Virus record (IMG/VR): IMGVR_UViG_3300032218_003007
Location: 1-64,000 of that record
DNA: 64,000 nt
Source of the DNA: a virus
Taxonomy: Duplodnaviria > Caudoviricetes
Strand: one strand, 5' to 3'
Position 1 is the stretch's first letter; every line of letters begins with the position of its first letter. This document shows, in pieces, positions 24,201 through 31,185 of the stretch. The notes under the pieces are model-generated. The model saw only the letters and a program-made list of their open reading frames with translations, had not been told where the DNA came from and did no database searches. Both the position numbers and the translations under genes were made by a program.

Positions 24201-27200
24201 TGGGTGCGCGGTAAAACTACCATTGATCAAGACAGTAACAAAAATATCAGTGTAGCTGCGATCGAAAACATGATTATGAATCCTTCCCGGCAAGGTATTC
24301 CTTATGTCCAGGTTCTTCGTTCTGATACTATTAGTCTGCACGGCATAACAAACAAAATCACTGCTAATAATACAATCTTGCATATTAATTACGACACGCT
24401 TAAGAATACGGATGTGATTCATAGTGAGTATGCATTGATACAAGAAGGCAATGCTACTAGTTTAATACCCCCTCGATTTATCAATAAACTCAGGGATAGT
24501 TTATCTGGTGTTGATAGTCACGGTCAGAACGTGCCTGATCCTACACTAAGTCCACAAAATAAAATAGGTATCTATGACAGACCGCGACAGTCTTTCTTTG
24601 TCAATAGATTTGCTGCATTGAAAAACTGGATAGAGTATCTCAATGACGTATTGATCAATGTACCTGTGATTGAAGAATTTCGAATAGATTCATTATACAA
24701 TGGCGAACCTCTGCCGTCAGACGAGACTTATGATATTACAACTGATACCAAAATTGAATTAGATTACATTGATCTATCAAAGATTTCATCTGGATATACT
24801 GTTTTAGTATTGAGTGACGAATCTCAACGAGGTATATGGGCTCTGTATGTATATTCAGGTAATATCAATAGTCCTTGGACATTATCAAAAACTCAGAGTT
24901 ATAATGTACCATTTTATTGGACTAAAGCAGACTGGTATGATAGCACATATGATCCTACAGTCAAGACAGATTATGTTGTTGAAACATCAAATGATCTTCT
25001 GAAATTTTCAAACTTGCCTGAGACTACTACGATTAAAGTAATGAATAATGGCCATGGTCAATTTGAAGTTTATCGTTATAATGCATCAGGCACTCGTGAT
25101 CTAGTGGGCATCCAAAATGGAACAATTCAGTTTAAATCGTCTTTATATGATTCAACTGTAAATGCTACAACTGAAATTAGAATTATATTTGATGTAATAT
25201 TGAACGATATATTCATCAAGAGTCTACAAAAAAATCTGAATCAGATGTTTTTCTTTATGATTAATTACGTGTTAACTGAACAAAAAGACGTAGACTGGAT
25301 TTTCAAAACTAGCTTTGTTAGCGTTATACAGCAACTCAGAAAATTAGAGCAGTTTCCAAATTATATTCGTGATAATCAGACCTATTACGAAAGCTATATC
25401 AATGAAGTCAAACCATACAGAACTAGTATACGTGAATATATTGTTGATTATCAAGGAAAAGATGATTACCAAGCTGACATGACAGATTTTGACTTACCTA
25501 GTATCTATAATCAAATTACTAGCAATTATCACAGTCCAGATGGATCAGTAAGCACAGATGCATATCAACTAGAGAATTCAAAAGTGTACAGTCAGTGGCG
25601 AGATAACCACACTTATAGTATTAAAGAAGTTTTGGTAGCTAACGTCGGTAGCAGCATACAATCACCGATTATTTCATTGTTTCTTAGTAGCCCTGTTGTG
25701 CTTGAAGTTGGAAACACAGTTACACAAAGCAGCAACAGTGCTTCAGGTACGGTTATTAGCAGTAGTGACACTGGTATTTTAAATTTATCAGGTGTAAGTG
25801 GCACATTCGATACTACAAATTATATCTATGATAATGGTGCTAATACCTATGCTACAGTAAGTTCGTTAACAACTTTGTCAGATAATGGTTATTTCTTAGA
25901 ACCAAGCGTCACTGTGAAAGGCGGTGGTGGTAGTGGTGCAGAGATCAGAGCAGTGATAAATGCTGGCACTAATACTATTCAAAAATTCGAAGTAATAAAA
26001 CCAGGAGAAGGATATACTAGTACACCACAGATATTCATTAACGGCACCGGCACAGGTGCTGCAGGATATCCAATGCTCACAGGTCAATACTACTTAGAAA
26101 CTATACCGACAATAAACTTGTCATTAGAACGAGCAGTTACTGTTTATACTGGAAATCTAATATATCAACCTAATACTAATGCATCTGGTACAGTCTATAC
26201 AAGTTCAAATGGAAATGTGATAACATTAGTAAATGTGGTAGGTGCGTTTCAAAGTAATTCATACATATTCTCAGAGTTTGCAAACTTATACGTCAAGCCA
26301 GCAGTTGCTACTCAGATAATATGGATATCCGGCAATGCAACTGTTTACGCAGGTAATACGTTAACTCAAGGTACCTGGGCATCCGCAACAGTATTTTCAA
26401 ACGCTTCGGGTGCGTATGAACCTGAGGTAACAAGATGGATAACTAAAGTGCCGATTTGGAATGTTCGTGGCACGTTCTATAGTAATGCCTCCATAGCCAA
26501 GGATAATTATAGTTTAGGTTTGTATAACATAAGAACCATATCAACTAATCGTACATCTCCTATGATTTCATTTAATCAAACGGTGAATAAGAGTTATAAT
26601 AAAGTTCGTACATTTGATACAAAGCTGAAGTTTGATCGTGTCAGTTATGGTACACAAGTGATAGATTGGACTCCAAATGTTACGATTACTGCTAATACTA
26701 TTGTAAGTTATCGAGGAAAAGCATATCGGGCATTAACTGATGTGTATAGCTCAGCTGTATTAAAACTCAGCGGAAATATTTATGTATCAGGAAATCTTCC
26801 TTTACAAGCTGGTGTAGCTATTTGGCAGTCTGGTCAAACAGGTAATGCTACTGTATTAACAACAGTTACTGGCGGCAATATTGTTACTGTCGCTAATATC
26901 AGTGGTACATTCGTTAAGAGACTTGGAAATATTAAATATGCCAATAATGTAGATAGCAGAGTAAGGCCAGTTCGTGTAACAAATATATTTGATTATACGA
27001 AATATGTATTAGTCTCAGCTGATGAATTTGATAATGCTAACGATAGAATATGGGCTTCTTATCAGCCAGACAACACAATGTTATCTAAAGACTTGAAAAA
27101 GTTAGTCTACGGTATCGAATATCCTGGTGTAAAAGTGCAAGGTATTAAATTTGATGAATTAACTTCTTCTGCAAATACTTCTGTAGTGCACACTGGTACT

Positions 27201-29051
27201 ATAACTAATACTCTTAATATGGTAGTAGATGACCTAACAAAACTAACTAGTGATGATATCGCTGTGTTTAATTTTACTGAACATGGATATAGCAGAGGTC
27301 AATATCTGACAGTTATAAACAATGATGTTAACATTGTAAAACTGTCTGGTGCTGTGATCGTCAAAGAAGGCGATTATATCAAGCAAGGAACAGCTAATGT
27401 CAAAGTGTTGACTCAATCGTCTAGTAATGTAGTGACAGTATCTGCTCCTGGGCTAACAACGTCTGGTGGTGTTATTACTATATACAATCGTATACCTACT
27501 GTTGGTAATATAAGACTAAATTCTAATATAACTACACTTAGTGGTAATGTGTTAACGCAGCTTTCTTCTGGTGCAACTGCTATAGTTTCTGCTGATACTA
27601 CAGATAGCAACGTAATACCAGTGGTCAGTATAACCGGCACTTTCTTAGCAAATAGTTATTTGTATGATCAGGCAGCCAACACTGGTGTCAAGGTGTCATC
27701 ATTGACGTTCAGCTTCTCTGCACTGCCAACATCTGTTGAACCAACTAGTATCGCCTTAAACACAAATCAAGTGTTAATTGAAGAAGTTACTGAAGGAAAT
27801 CTGTATATAACTGGTCAGCTTGACTATATTGCACCAAGTGCTAATATCACACTTAATTATTATGATCAAAATAATCCGTTATTTACTGACACGAATATTC
27901 AAAGCGATTACGGGCATCGCACTGTTGAAATTACATTGCCGTCAAATATTACTGCTTCATATGGTAGCATAATAGGACAAGTTGGCGGTAACGCTACAGC
28001 AATATTGAGATCAACGGTTGTAAACACAAACTTCATAACGCTGTCAAATGTAGCAGGAATATTTGATACTGTGAAAAATTTGTCATTGGATGGCAATGAC
28101 CTCGCGATAGCACCTGTTAATATATCTACCATAATAGATACACAAAGTACACTTGGCACTAGAGCTGAAGACATTATAGTGTCAGGTGGTGCTTATTACG
28201 ATACTTTCAGTAGTCATGCTCCAGAAGAACTAGTGCCAGGTGTGACATACGACACAATGGTTATGAGAGTTTACAGTAATATCTATACAAACACTACTAC
28301 ATTAGCACATTCAGTCGTGCAGGGCATGAATGCAAATGTTATGTCATCTGACAGTAAACAATGGCCTAGTTATTATAAGATAGACGCTAATACTTTTGCT
28401 AAAACTACATTCTTGACTGCTAATTTGCATATAACTGACACTGATATATTTGTAGCAGATGCAGCAGTATTGGCATCTCCAAATCCAAGTTTAGTTTCGC
28501 CGGGCACTATATATCTCAATGGTGAAATCATAACTTATTATGAACGAGATATAGTTCAAAATAGATTGGGGCAGATTCGTCGTTCAGTAAATGGCACAGG
28601 AGCGCCGCTAGTACACTTGGCTGCACCGTATGTCACGCACGCGAATAAGTTGTTCTATTCAAATGCTGCGATAGTGCAAGATATGACATCTCGTCCGATT
28701 CCAGGTACTCCTCATAAAGATACTTGGTATACTGCACCAGCTACACAGACTTTGACTATCTCTGTTGCTAATACTGTTACAGCGGGCGACACTATTACTC
28801 AAGCTATAACTGGGGCGACAGGTATAGTAGCAGTGAACAGTACTGGTACAACCATTACATTAGTGAATAGCAGTGGAGTTTTTGCTAATTGTAAATATCC
28901 AGACAATGATGTTACCAAACGTTTTTATCTATATAAAAATGCGTCGAATCTACGAGTATATCCAACTTCACCTATTAACTTCTTAGCAGGCAATGGTTTC
29001 CAGGGTAGTAAGTCTACCGAGGTAACATACCTAAAGAACAACGTCACATGA
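15213..29051 (+). CDS. Giant (4612 aa) baseplate/wedge structural protein with FG-GAP propeller repeats and a CBM5/12-like motif
   Basis: Uninterrupted ORF after gp6; FLPEIF N-terminus; repeated FG-x-S...IGAP motifs; WNSGVDYKKGELVSY; YINEVKPYRT motif. Confidence 0.75.
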   Translation: MAIKTVNFLPEIFRSDTNKKFLNATLDQLVSQPDLRKINGYIGRKFAPTYKSTDNYQPEPTVERQNYQLESSIVVRDKTKKTQFFSSYIDLLNQIEHNGGNVSDQSRLFSNETYSFDGRFDFDKFINFSQYYWLTDGPDPVDVYGSSIEKEQTFVVTRDPSTGSYHFSSLGSTQNPALHLGYGGTYKFIVDQPGFPFWIQSDPGTLGYKTNQKNISTRDVLGVANNGIDRGTITFSVPQPTQQDRYLQMPMVASADLSTDAHFNDIQHIKLSDLKKSPYFGFDKVTASLAGKTVVFINNDTDDVFWTANDLYDSELYAESMTRQLTSATVATDTTIYVENSNDLTVGMYLSDEQLLHTNIRIKQINGNQLILTNPIGIELSSGTAILFTSYNYSSYPTVLESQRRSLWRINLVGIPGNEIVKLVPDVQVSVNQRVFVRNGSTRSQLIYYLDANSGLLERVPHITAPLPVLYYQDGLKSGFQGEILLSEIFNNSIDISKILNSKTYKSPNGVEFTNGMKVKFGSGVIPASYIDNTYYVEGVGTSIRLINVNYFVSPEGFGKQKDYITINRGSQDLNSWTRSNRWFHIDIIKKTAEYNNTIALIDQTLRANRPIIEFEPDIQLQQYGRKAKEPINILLLTSTFTDAFNGIELKETVTLPHNVKLKDGQRIIFGNDIDYTVRNKIYVVKYSYINEKYLITLQPSTDTEVFAYNNLIASDGVITDSAVITGVEYYFDGTSWLPCQSKTSLNQAPLFDVIDQNGYSLGDTDVYPDSTFVGTNIFSYTTGTGPDDPILGFPLSYRNFNQIGDIQFTNNFDNDTFTYLNTDIDNNVTTNINSVGLLRVNNGLNDYAVRNMWIKEIEPSQQFQIISGVFDGLNRYFIIDILPNETDNTVPHLRVYKNSNLVIPSLYAQIKVGANTYIRIDDTSLVAGDKIDIRIYSDTVSKIGYYEVPKNLDLNTENKNFTTLSLGQMRNHLSRLAENTTRIVGTLPGDSNLRDVPIKRQGGSIVQHASPILYSELFLVDTDANLIKGIDLARHEFQKIKNKYIESVSKLSDSVALTDIPGICDLILKNMNQVKNKSFPWYYSDMIPYGDIKNTITYTVLDAEIRDYEISRIFDDTKLSNNAVLVYINNRQLTKGTDYVFDTTRAGVTINTSYILNVEDTITINEYDNTDGNYIPETPTKLGLYPKFTPMIYLDDTYQDPVYVIQGHDGSITPAFGDMRDDLLLEFEKRIYNNIKINYSKNVFDIFDHIPGKFRSSKYSHTEFTQILTRSFLKWAGANRVDFTTNDYFQVSNPFTWNYRIYNDSIDGERLTGTWRAIFDYFYDTYRPHTNPWEMLGFSEEPDWWQDRYGAPPYTGGNTVMWHDLEKGYIYAGPRAGFDTRFARSGLSKIIPVDDHGELRPPNQFAVAGIDSSNTSASYVVGNQGPVEFAWRRSSDFPYALQQALAVAFPAFYFGTLINVGEYFRNVELDQYTLTSNLQRITPATVTLNGDTTGGSIKRVAGYINWVSDYLRNNGIDPITKINTYLQYVSVQLAYKMAGYTDPTMIEVIAEQSSPTSTNQGVVIPKENYTIELNKSTPINTITYSAVIVERSENGYTVSGYDVDNPYFTIIPSLANNNAYAISVLNDRAVIYKDYQKYKVTIPYGFEFTNKQQLVDFLISYGRYLTGLGIQFVDYDTDLTEQRDFVLSSKEFLNWSQQSWPLGSVLVLSPILNTIKINTTSGVIDNIKNAPGSSRILDTNFTFIKSNQFTVLRDEGNFKLTANFVQTIALAVLDVVEFEHVMVFDNTTVFNDIIYKPELGNRQYRMKLVGSKTGNWTGSLNPGGFIYNSPIVPDWNSGVDYKKGELVSYKSFYYAALYDIVATVEFAPSQWRQIPTNQIKTGLLPNFTFNAGKFNQFFDLDDPSTEGGFDEFSDRVIGFQERQYMTDLGINKSIQAKFYQGFIKEKGTINSVNAFTAAGFNSVSSTVNLYEEWALRIGEYGALNNNKFVEVQLIEGEYTGDPIVLTLLPNNGSSVDQIIGITPDKTYRTGTDYKANIFLNRDAHSIYENDIHTAGYVSMNDINTTIYDIANYSSLSNKVAQMGIGYKIWCAKDFNNDWNVYRLTETEGSIISLSYNIDNISTVTTDRRVSLAYGDLIVIKAFDTRVDGIYQVYSVDSPTKFNIATVAIAPTIKQLQTITGTGSLFKFISSRLKTATDLNSITPLRGWMNGDKLWVDNDINSGKWSVYNKSDPWQGNVSNFNANMKMSANDYVTDGGFGTVTTISQDGKFAAAGMPSADSGRVMAFVSNVVNGSTFTLVANISSSNTGLSNFGASLDSAANVLYVGVPGDGSTQAGNVFVYSFDGNATFTKLQQISSHWTSMLGVSNIGDTFGQSISASTDGRWLFIGAPNKGNVEVFHANTAGVTQYIYANTISNSSAAKFGYTVKTTSDASQTIISAPYETVDGVSSAGAVYVYDRSIETFIANTSASYATQNSFDPYTIRITIDGNLQTITTHYTISGNVITFKNTPIIGSRIDIETSKLQFMERIVSDSQTSGATFGITSHISGNDADIYIASPGYSEIGYYSGIVYRFVNEGAAYGVISSNKFSPAVTVGDSIRLNGQLVTFTQTDVANVAVNINSVGISGVTASVSDIGVLSITSNVLTPYQRLVVSPGPGTALRDLGLNVYQAAQTLKHPANDQVNNFGAHVVSSSDSRKLVIGATGGTTYNSLTLDTNTTTFDQDSTNFLDSIYGSGSVYVYGLVGGDLAGVAQDQYVLVQRLENNSLVNNDLFGSSLAMNDNTLLVGAQNDSGNKIIPDQVSGLLTAVPRTGTYYIYKDISGNVGWDIIRSEMPKVDTRSITSFYIYDKNTDVVLSRLDHIDPAKGRILGVADQDIDYRTPYDPAIYNAAGAADETAMELSVNVNSHWGMNQVGKVWWNLSTMRYLDYEQGSLVYREANWGELFPGSSVEVYEWIMSDVLPNSYTGSGTPKYPNNTAYVVESYVDAVSKTTRSRYYFWVRGKTTIDQDSNKNISVAAIENMIMNPSRQGIPYVQVLRSDTISLHGITNKITANNTILHINYDTLKNTDVIHSEYALIQEGNATSLIPPRFINKLRDSLSGVDSHGQNVPDPTLSPQNKIGIYDRPRQSFFVNRFAALKNWIEYLNDVLINVPVIEEFRIDSLYNGEPLPSDETYDITTDTKIELDYIDLSKISSGYTVLVLSDESQRGIWALYVYSGNINSPWTLSKTQSYNVPFYWTKADWYDSTYDPTVKTDYVVETSNDLLKFSNLPETTTIKVMNNGHGQFEVYRYNASGTRDLVGIQNGTIQFKSSLYDSTVNATTEIRIIFDVILNDIFIKSLQKNLNQMFFFMINYVLTEQKDVDWIFKTSFVSVIQQLRKLEQFPNYIRDNQTYYESYINEVKPYRTSIREYIVDYQGKDDYQADMTDFDLPSIYNQITSNYHSPDGSVSTDAYQLENSKVYSQWRDNHTYSIKEVLVANVGSSIQSPIISLFLSSPVVLEVGNTVTQSSNSASGTVISSSDTGILNLSGVSGTFDTTNYIYDNGANTYATVSSLTTLSDNGYFLEPSVTVKGGGGSGAEIRAVINAGTNTIQKFEVIKPGEGYTSTPQIFINGTGTGAAGYPMLTGQYYLETIPTINLSLERAVTVYTGNLIYQPNTNASGTVYTSSNGNVITLVNVVGAFQSNSYIFSEFANLYVKPAVATQIIWISGNATVYAGNTLTQGTWASATVFSNASGAYEPEVTRWITKVPIWNVRGTFYSNASIAKDNYSLGLYNIRTISTNRTSPMISFNQTVNKSYNKVRTFDTKLKFDRVSYGTQVIDWTPNVTITANTIVSYRGKAYRALTDVYSSAVLKLSGNIYVSGNLPLQAGVAIWQSGQTGNATVLTTVTGGNIVTVANISGTFVKRLGNIKYANNVDSRVRPVRVTNIFDYTKYVLVSADEFDNANDRIWASYQPDNTMLSKDLKKLVYGIEYPGVKVQGIKFDELTSSANTSVVHTGTITNTLNMVVDDLTKLTSDDIAVFNFTEHGYSRGQYLTVINNDVNIVKLSGAVIVKEGDYIKQGTANVKVLTQSSSNVVTVSAPGLTTSGGVITIYNRIPTVGNIRLNSNITTLSGNVLTQLSSGATAIVSADTTDSNVIPVVSITGTFLANSYLYDQAANTGVKVSSLTFSFSALPTSVEPTSIALNTNQVLIEEVTEGNLYITGQLDYIAPSANITLNYYDQNNPLFTDTNIQSDYGHRTVEITLPSNITASYGSIIGQVGGNATAILRSTVVNTNFITLSNVAGIFDTVKNLSLDGNDLAIAPVNISTIIDTQSTLGTRAEDIIVSGGAYYDTFSSHAPEELVPGVTYDTMVMRVYSNIYTNTTTLAHSVVQGMNANVMSSDSKQWPSYYKIDANTFAKTTFLTANLHITDTDIFVADAAVLASPNPSLVSPGTIYLNGEIITYYERDIVQNRLGQIRRSVNGTGAPLVHLAAPYVTHANKLFYSNAAIVQDMTSRPIPGTPHKDTWYTAPATQTLTISVANTVTAGDTITQAITGATGIVAVNSTGTTITLVNSSGVFANCKYPDNDVTKRFYLYKNASNLRVYPTSPINFLAGNGFQGSKSTEVTYLKNNVT

Positions 29052-29052
29052 C

Positions 29053-29083
29053 CATAAATATACGATATAGAAGGTAATAAATA
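29053..29083 (+). promoter_or_regulatory. Two tandem late promoters (CATAAATA 29053-29060, AATAAATA 29076-29083)
   Basis: Both match the recurring TAAATA core; the second lies 6 nt before ATG 29090. Confidence 0.6.
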
Positions 29084-29089
29084 CTTATT

Positions 29090-29227
29090 ATGAAAGACCT
29101 CACTGAAGAATCTAAAAAAGCAGCACCTGAGCGACGTCCTGACGAACTTGGCGGCATGTATGTGCAAGGACATATAAAGATTTTTGATCCAGAATCTGGA
29201 AAAATTATCGTTGATAAGCGAGGATGA
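29090..29227 (+). CDS. 45-aa small protein absent from the ORF track (MKDLTEESKKAAPERRPDELGGMYVQGHIKIFDPESGKIIVDKRG)
   Basis: Translated by hand; follows a late promoter; shares GHIKIFDP...I.VDK with the N-terminus of the 29350 gene. Confidence 0.75.
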   Translation: MKDLTEESKKAAPERRPDELGGMYVQGHIKIFDPESGKIIVDKRG

Positions 29228-29228
29228 A

Positions 29229-29360
29229 ATGCCAAACATTTATATCACAGTGAATAATTATAAAAAAGATAATAATATGAAGATATATAGAACTACTGAT
29301 GGCTGGAAATCAATCAAATTTGGCAATAGAAAAAGTGGTAGAAATAAACATGCACAATAA
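29229..29360 (+). CDS. 43-aa small basic protein absent from the ORF track (MPNIYITVNNYKKDNNMKIYRTTDGWKSIKFGNRKSGRNKHAQ)
   Basis: Starts 1 nt after the previous stop with AGGA upstream and overlaps the next ATG by 11 nt, filling the gap exactly. Confidence 0.5.
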   Translation: MPNIYITVNNYKKDNNMKIYRTTDGWKSIKFGNRKSGRNKHAQ

Positions 29361-29973
29361 ATTAGATGCGCTAATAACAGGTCACATTAAAATATTTGAT
29401 CCATCGAACTCAGAAATATTGGTGGATAAATTCAATAGTATCCACTATGAAAACATTTCAGAAGCCATCGCTTATTCTCTGTCAAATAAAGGACAGAGTT
29501 ATATCTATGAGATGCATTTTGGAAACGGAGGCACAAGCGTGGATCCAACCGGCGTGATCAATTATCTACCAGCCAATACCAATACTCAAAATTCTAATTT
29601 GTATAATCCTACATACGCTAAAATTGTGGATAATACTGCAGCCGCGAATCTGAATCCTCTTTATAACAAAATGGAAGTGAGACACGTACCTGGACAAGTG
29701 TACACAGATATATTAGTGTCTTGTCTTCTTGATTATGGCGAACCTGCAACACAACAAGCATTCGATAACACTACTAATTTGAATGACACTTATACTTTTG
29801 ACGAACTAGGACTCAAAGCTCGAAGTACTGACGGCAGTAGTGGTTTGACTACAACGGGCAAGCTGTTAACTCATGTTATATTCCATCCAGTTCAAAAGAG
29901 TTTAAATCGACTGATACAGATAGATTATACTGTCAGAATACAAACACTGACTAATTTAAGTACAATAGGATAA
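29350..29973 (+). CDS. Virion/baseplate protein (tail-fibre-attachment-like)
   Basis: FGNGG...FDELGL...LLTHVIFHPVQKSLNR pattern. The likely start is ATG 29350 (MHNKLD) rather than 29299. Confidence 0.65.
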   Translation: MHNKLDALITGHIKIFDPSNSEILVDKFNSIHYENISEAIAYSLSNKGQSYIYEMHFGNGGTSVDPTGVINYLPANTNTQNSNLYNPTYAKIVDNTAAANLNPLYNKMEVRHVPGQVYTDILVSCLLDYGEPATQQAFDNTTNLNDTYTFDELGLKARSTDGSSGLTTTGKLLTHVIFHPVQKSLNRLIQIDYTVRIQTLTNLSTIG

Positions 29974-29979
29974 TAAACG

Positions 29980-31173
29980 ATGGCAAATAGCTATACGATA
30001 AACAACAGCAGAGGACAACAAGTAGTCGTACTTTATGATGGTACAGCAGATGGTCCTGACGTTAATTCACCAAATAATAATACTTCTTTGAATTTAATCG
30101 GCAGAAACTATCCAAACTATGGACTAATTCAAAACGAAAACTTTGTTAAGATATTGGAAAATTTTGCTCAAACTACTAGCAATCCTCCGTCTAAGCCTAT
30201 CACTGGTCAGTTGTGGTATGATACGACCTTAAATCGACTGAAAGTATATAATGGATCCGACTTTAAACTAGTAACAGGTTCAGCCTTCACTAGCAGCACA
30301 ACAGCACCATCAGGTGCATCAACTGGCGACCAATGGTGGGACACAGCTAACGATCAATTTAAATCATATAACGGCAGTGCATGGGTAACTGTAGGTCCTG
30401 CATATAGCAAACTCAATGGGTTTGGTGGTGCTATACCAAGTTTAGATGGCGCTCATCCAATCCTAAAAATGTATGCGAACGGAAATCTCATTGCTATTTT
30501 TAGCTGGGATTCTGCGTTTACATTTACTCCGATAACAGGATTTACAACCAGTGATGCTAAATTATATCCTGGACTAAATTTGAATGCTTCAAACAGTGGT
30601 ATATTCAACGGTCAAGCCACTGATAGTCAGAAATTAAACAGTATATCAGCATCTAGTTACGCTAGAAAGGATATTACTGAAACTTTTGCAGCTAATATCA
30701 ATCTCGGTGGTAGCAGTGCTGGTTTAATTACATCAGCTTCGTCTGGCACAGGTGATATGGCTATACGCAACGCTGTTCTTAATGCAGATTTGAGCTTATA
30801 TGTAAATGTTGGTGCGGTAACAACAAGAGCATTGAGAATTTATGGCTCAACAGGCGAGGTGCAGCTAGGTGCTTCTCCAAGTACTACCTATGGAGCAGCT
30901 ACCAAAGGATACGTTGATACTGCGATATCTAGTCTTAGCTCTACATATGCGCCTATCAATAGTCCTACATTGACAGGCACGCCATTGCTGGCTTCGACAC
31001 CAGCAACTGGTGATAATTCAACCAAGATTGCTACTACTGCATTTACTAAAGCTGCTATTACTGCAGCTACAGATTCAAAATGGCAAAGTAGTGCAAAATA
31101 TGTGAGAAGTACTATACCTACTGGCACAGAAGCTTCAGCTGCTGCAGTAGGAGATTTTTGGTTTCAAGTCTAA
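29980..31173 (+). CDS. Short tail fibre / baseplate-anchored fibre
   Basis: LIGRNY..YG..QNENFVKILENFA anchor domain, GQLWYD/GDQWWD repeats, ATKGYVD, KIATTAF, C-terminal GDFWFQV. Confidence 0.75.
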   Translation: MANSYTINNSRGQQVVVLYDGTADGPDVNSPNNNTSLNLIGRNYPNYGLIQNENFVKILENFAQTTSNPPSKPITGQLWYDTTLNRLKVYNGSDFKLVTGSAFTSSTTAPSGASTGDQWWDTANDQFKSYNGSAWVTVGPAYSKLNGFGGAIPSLDGAHPILKMYANGNLIAIFSWDSAFTFTPITGFTTSDAKLYPGLNLNASNSGIFNGQATDSQKLNSISASSYARKDITETFAANINLGGSSAGLITSASSGTGDMAIRNAVLNADLSLYVNVGAVTTRALRIYGSTGEVQLGASPSTTYGAATKGYVDTAISSLSSTYAPINSPTLTGTPLLASTPATGDNSTKIATTAFTKAAITAATDSKWQSSAKYVRSTIPTGTEASAAAVGDFWFQV

Positions 31174-31185
31174 AAGATACAAAAC

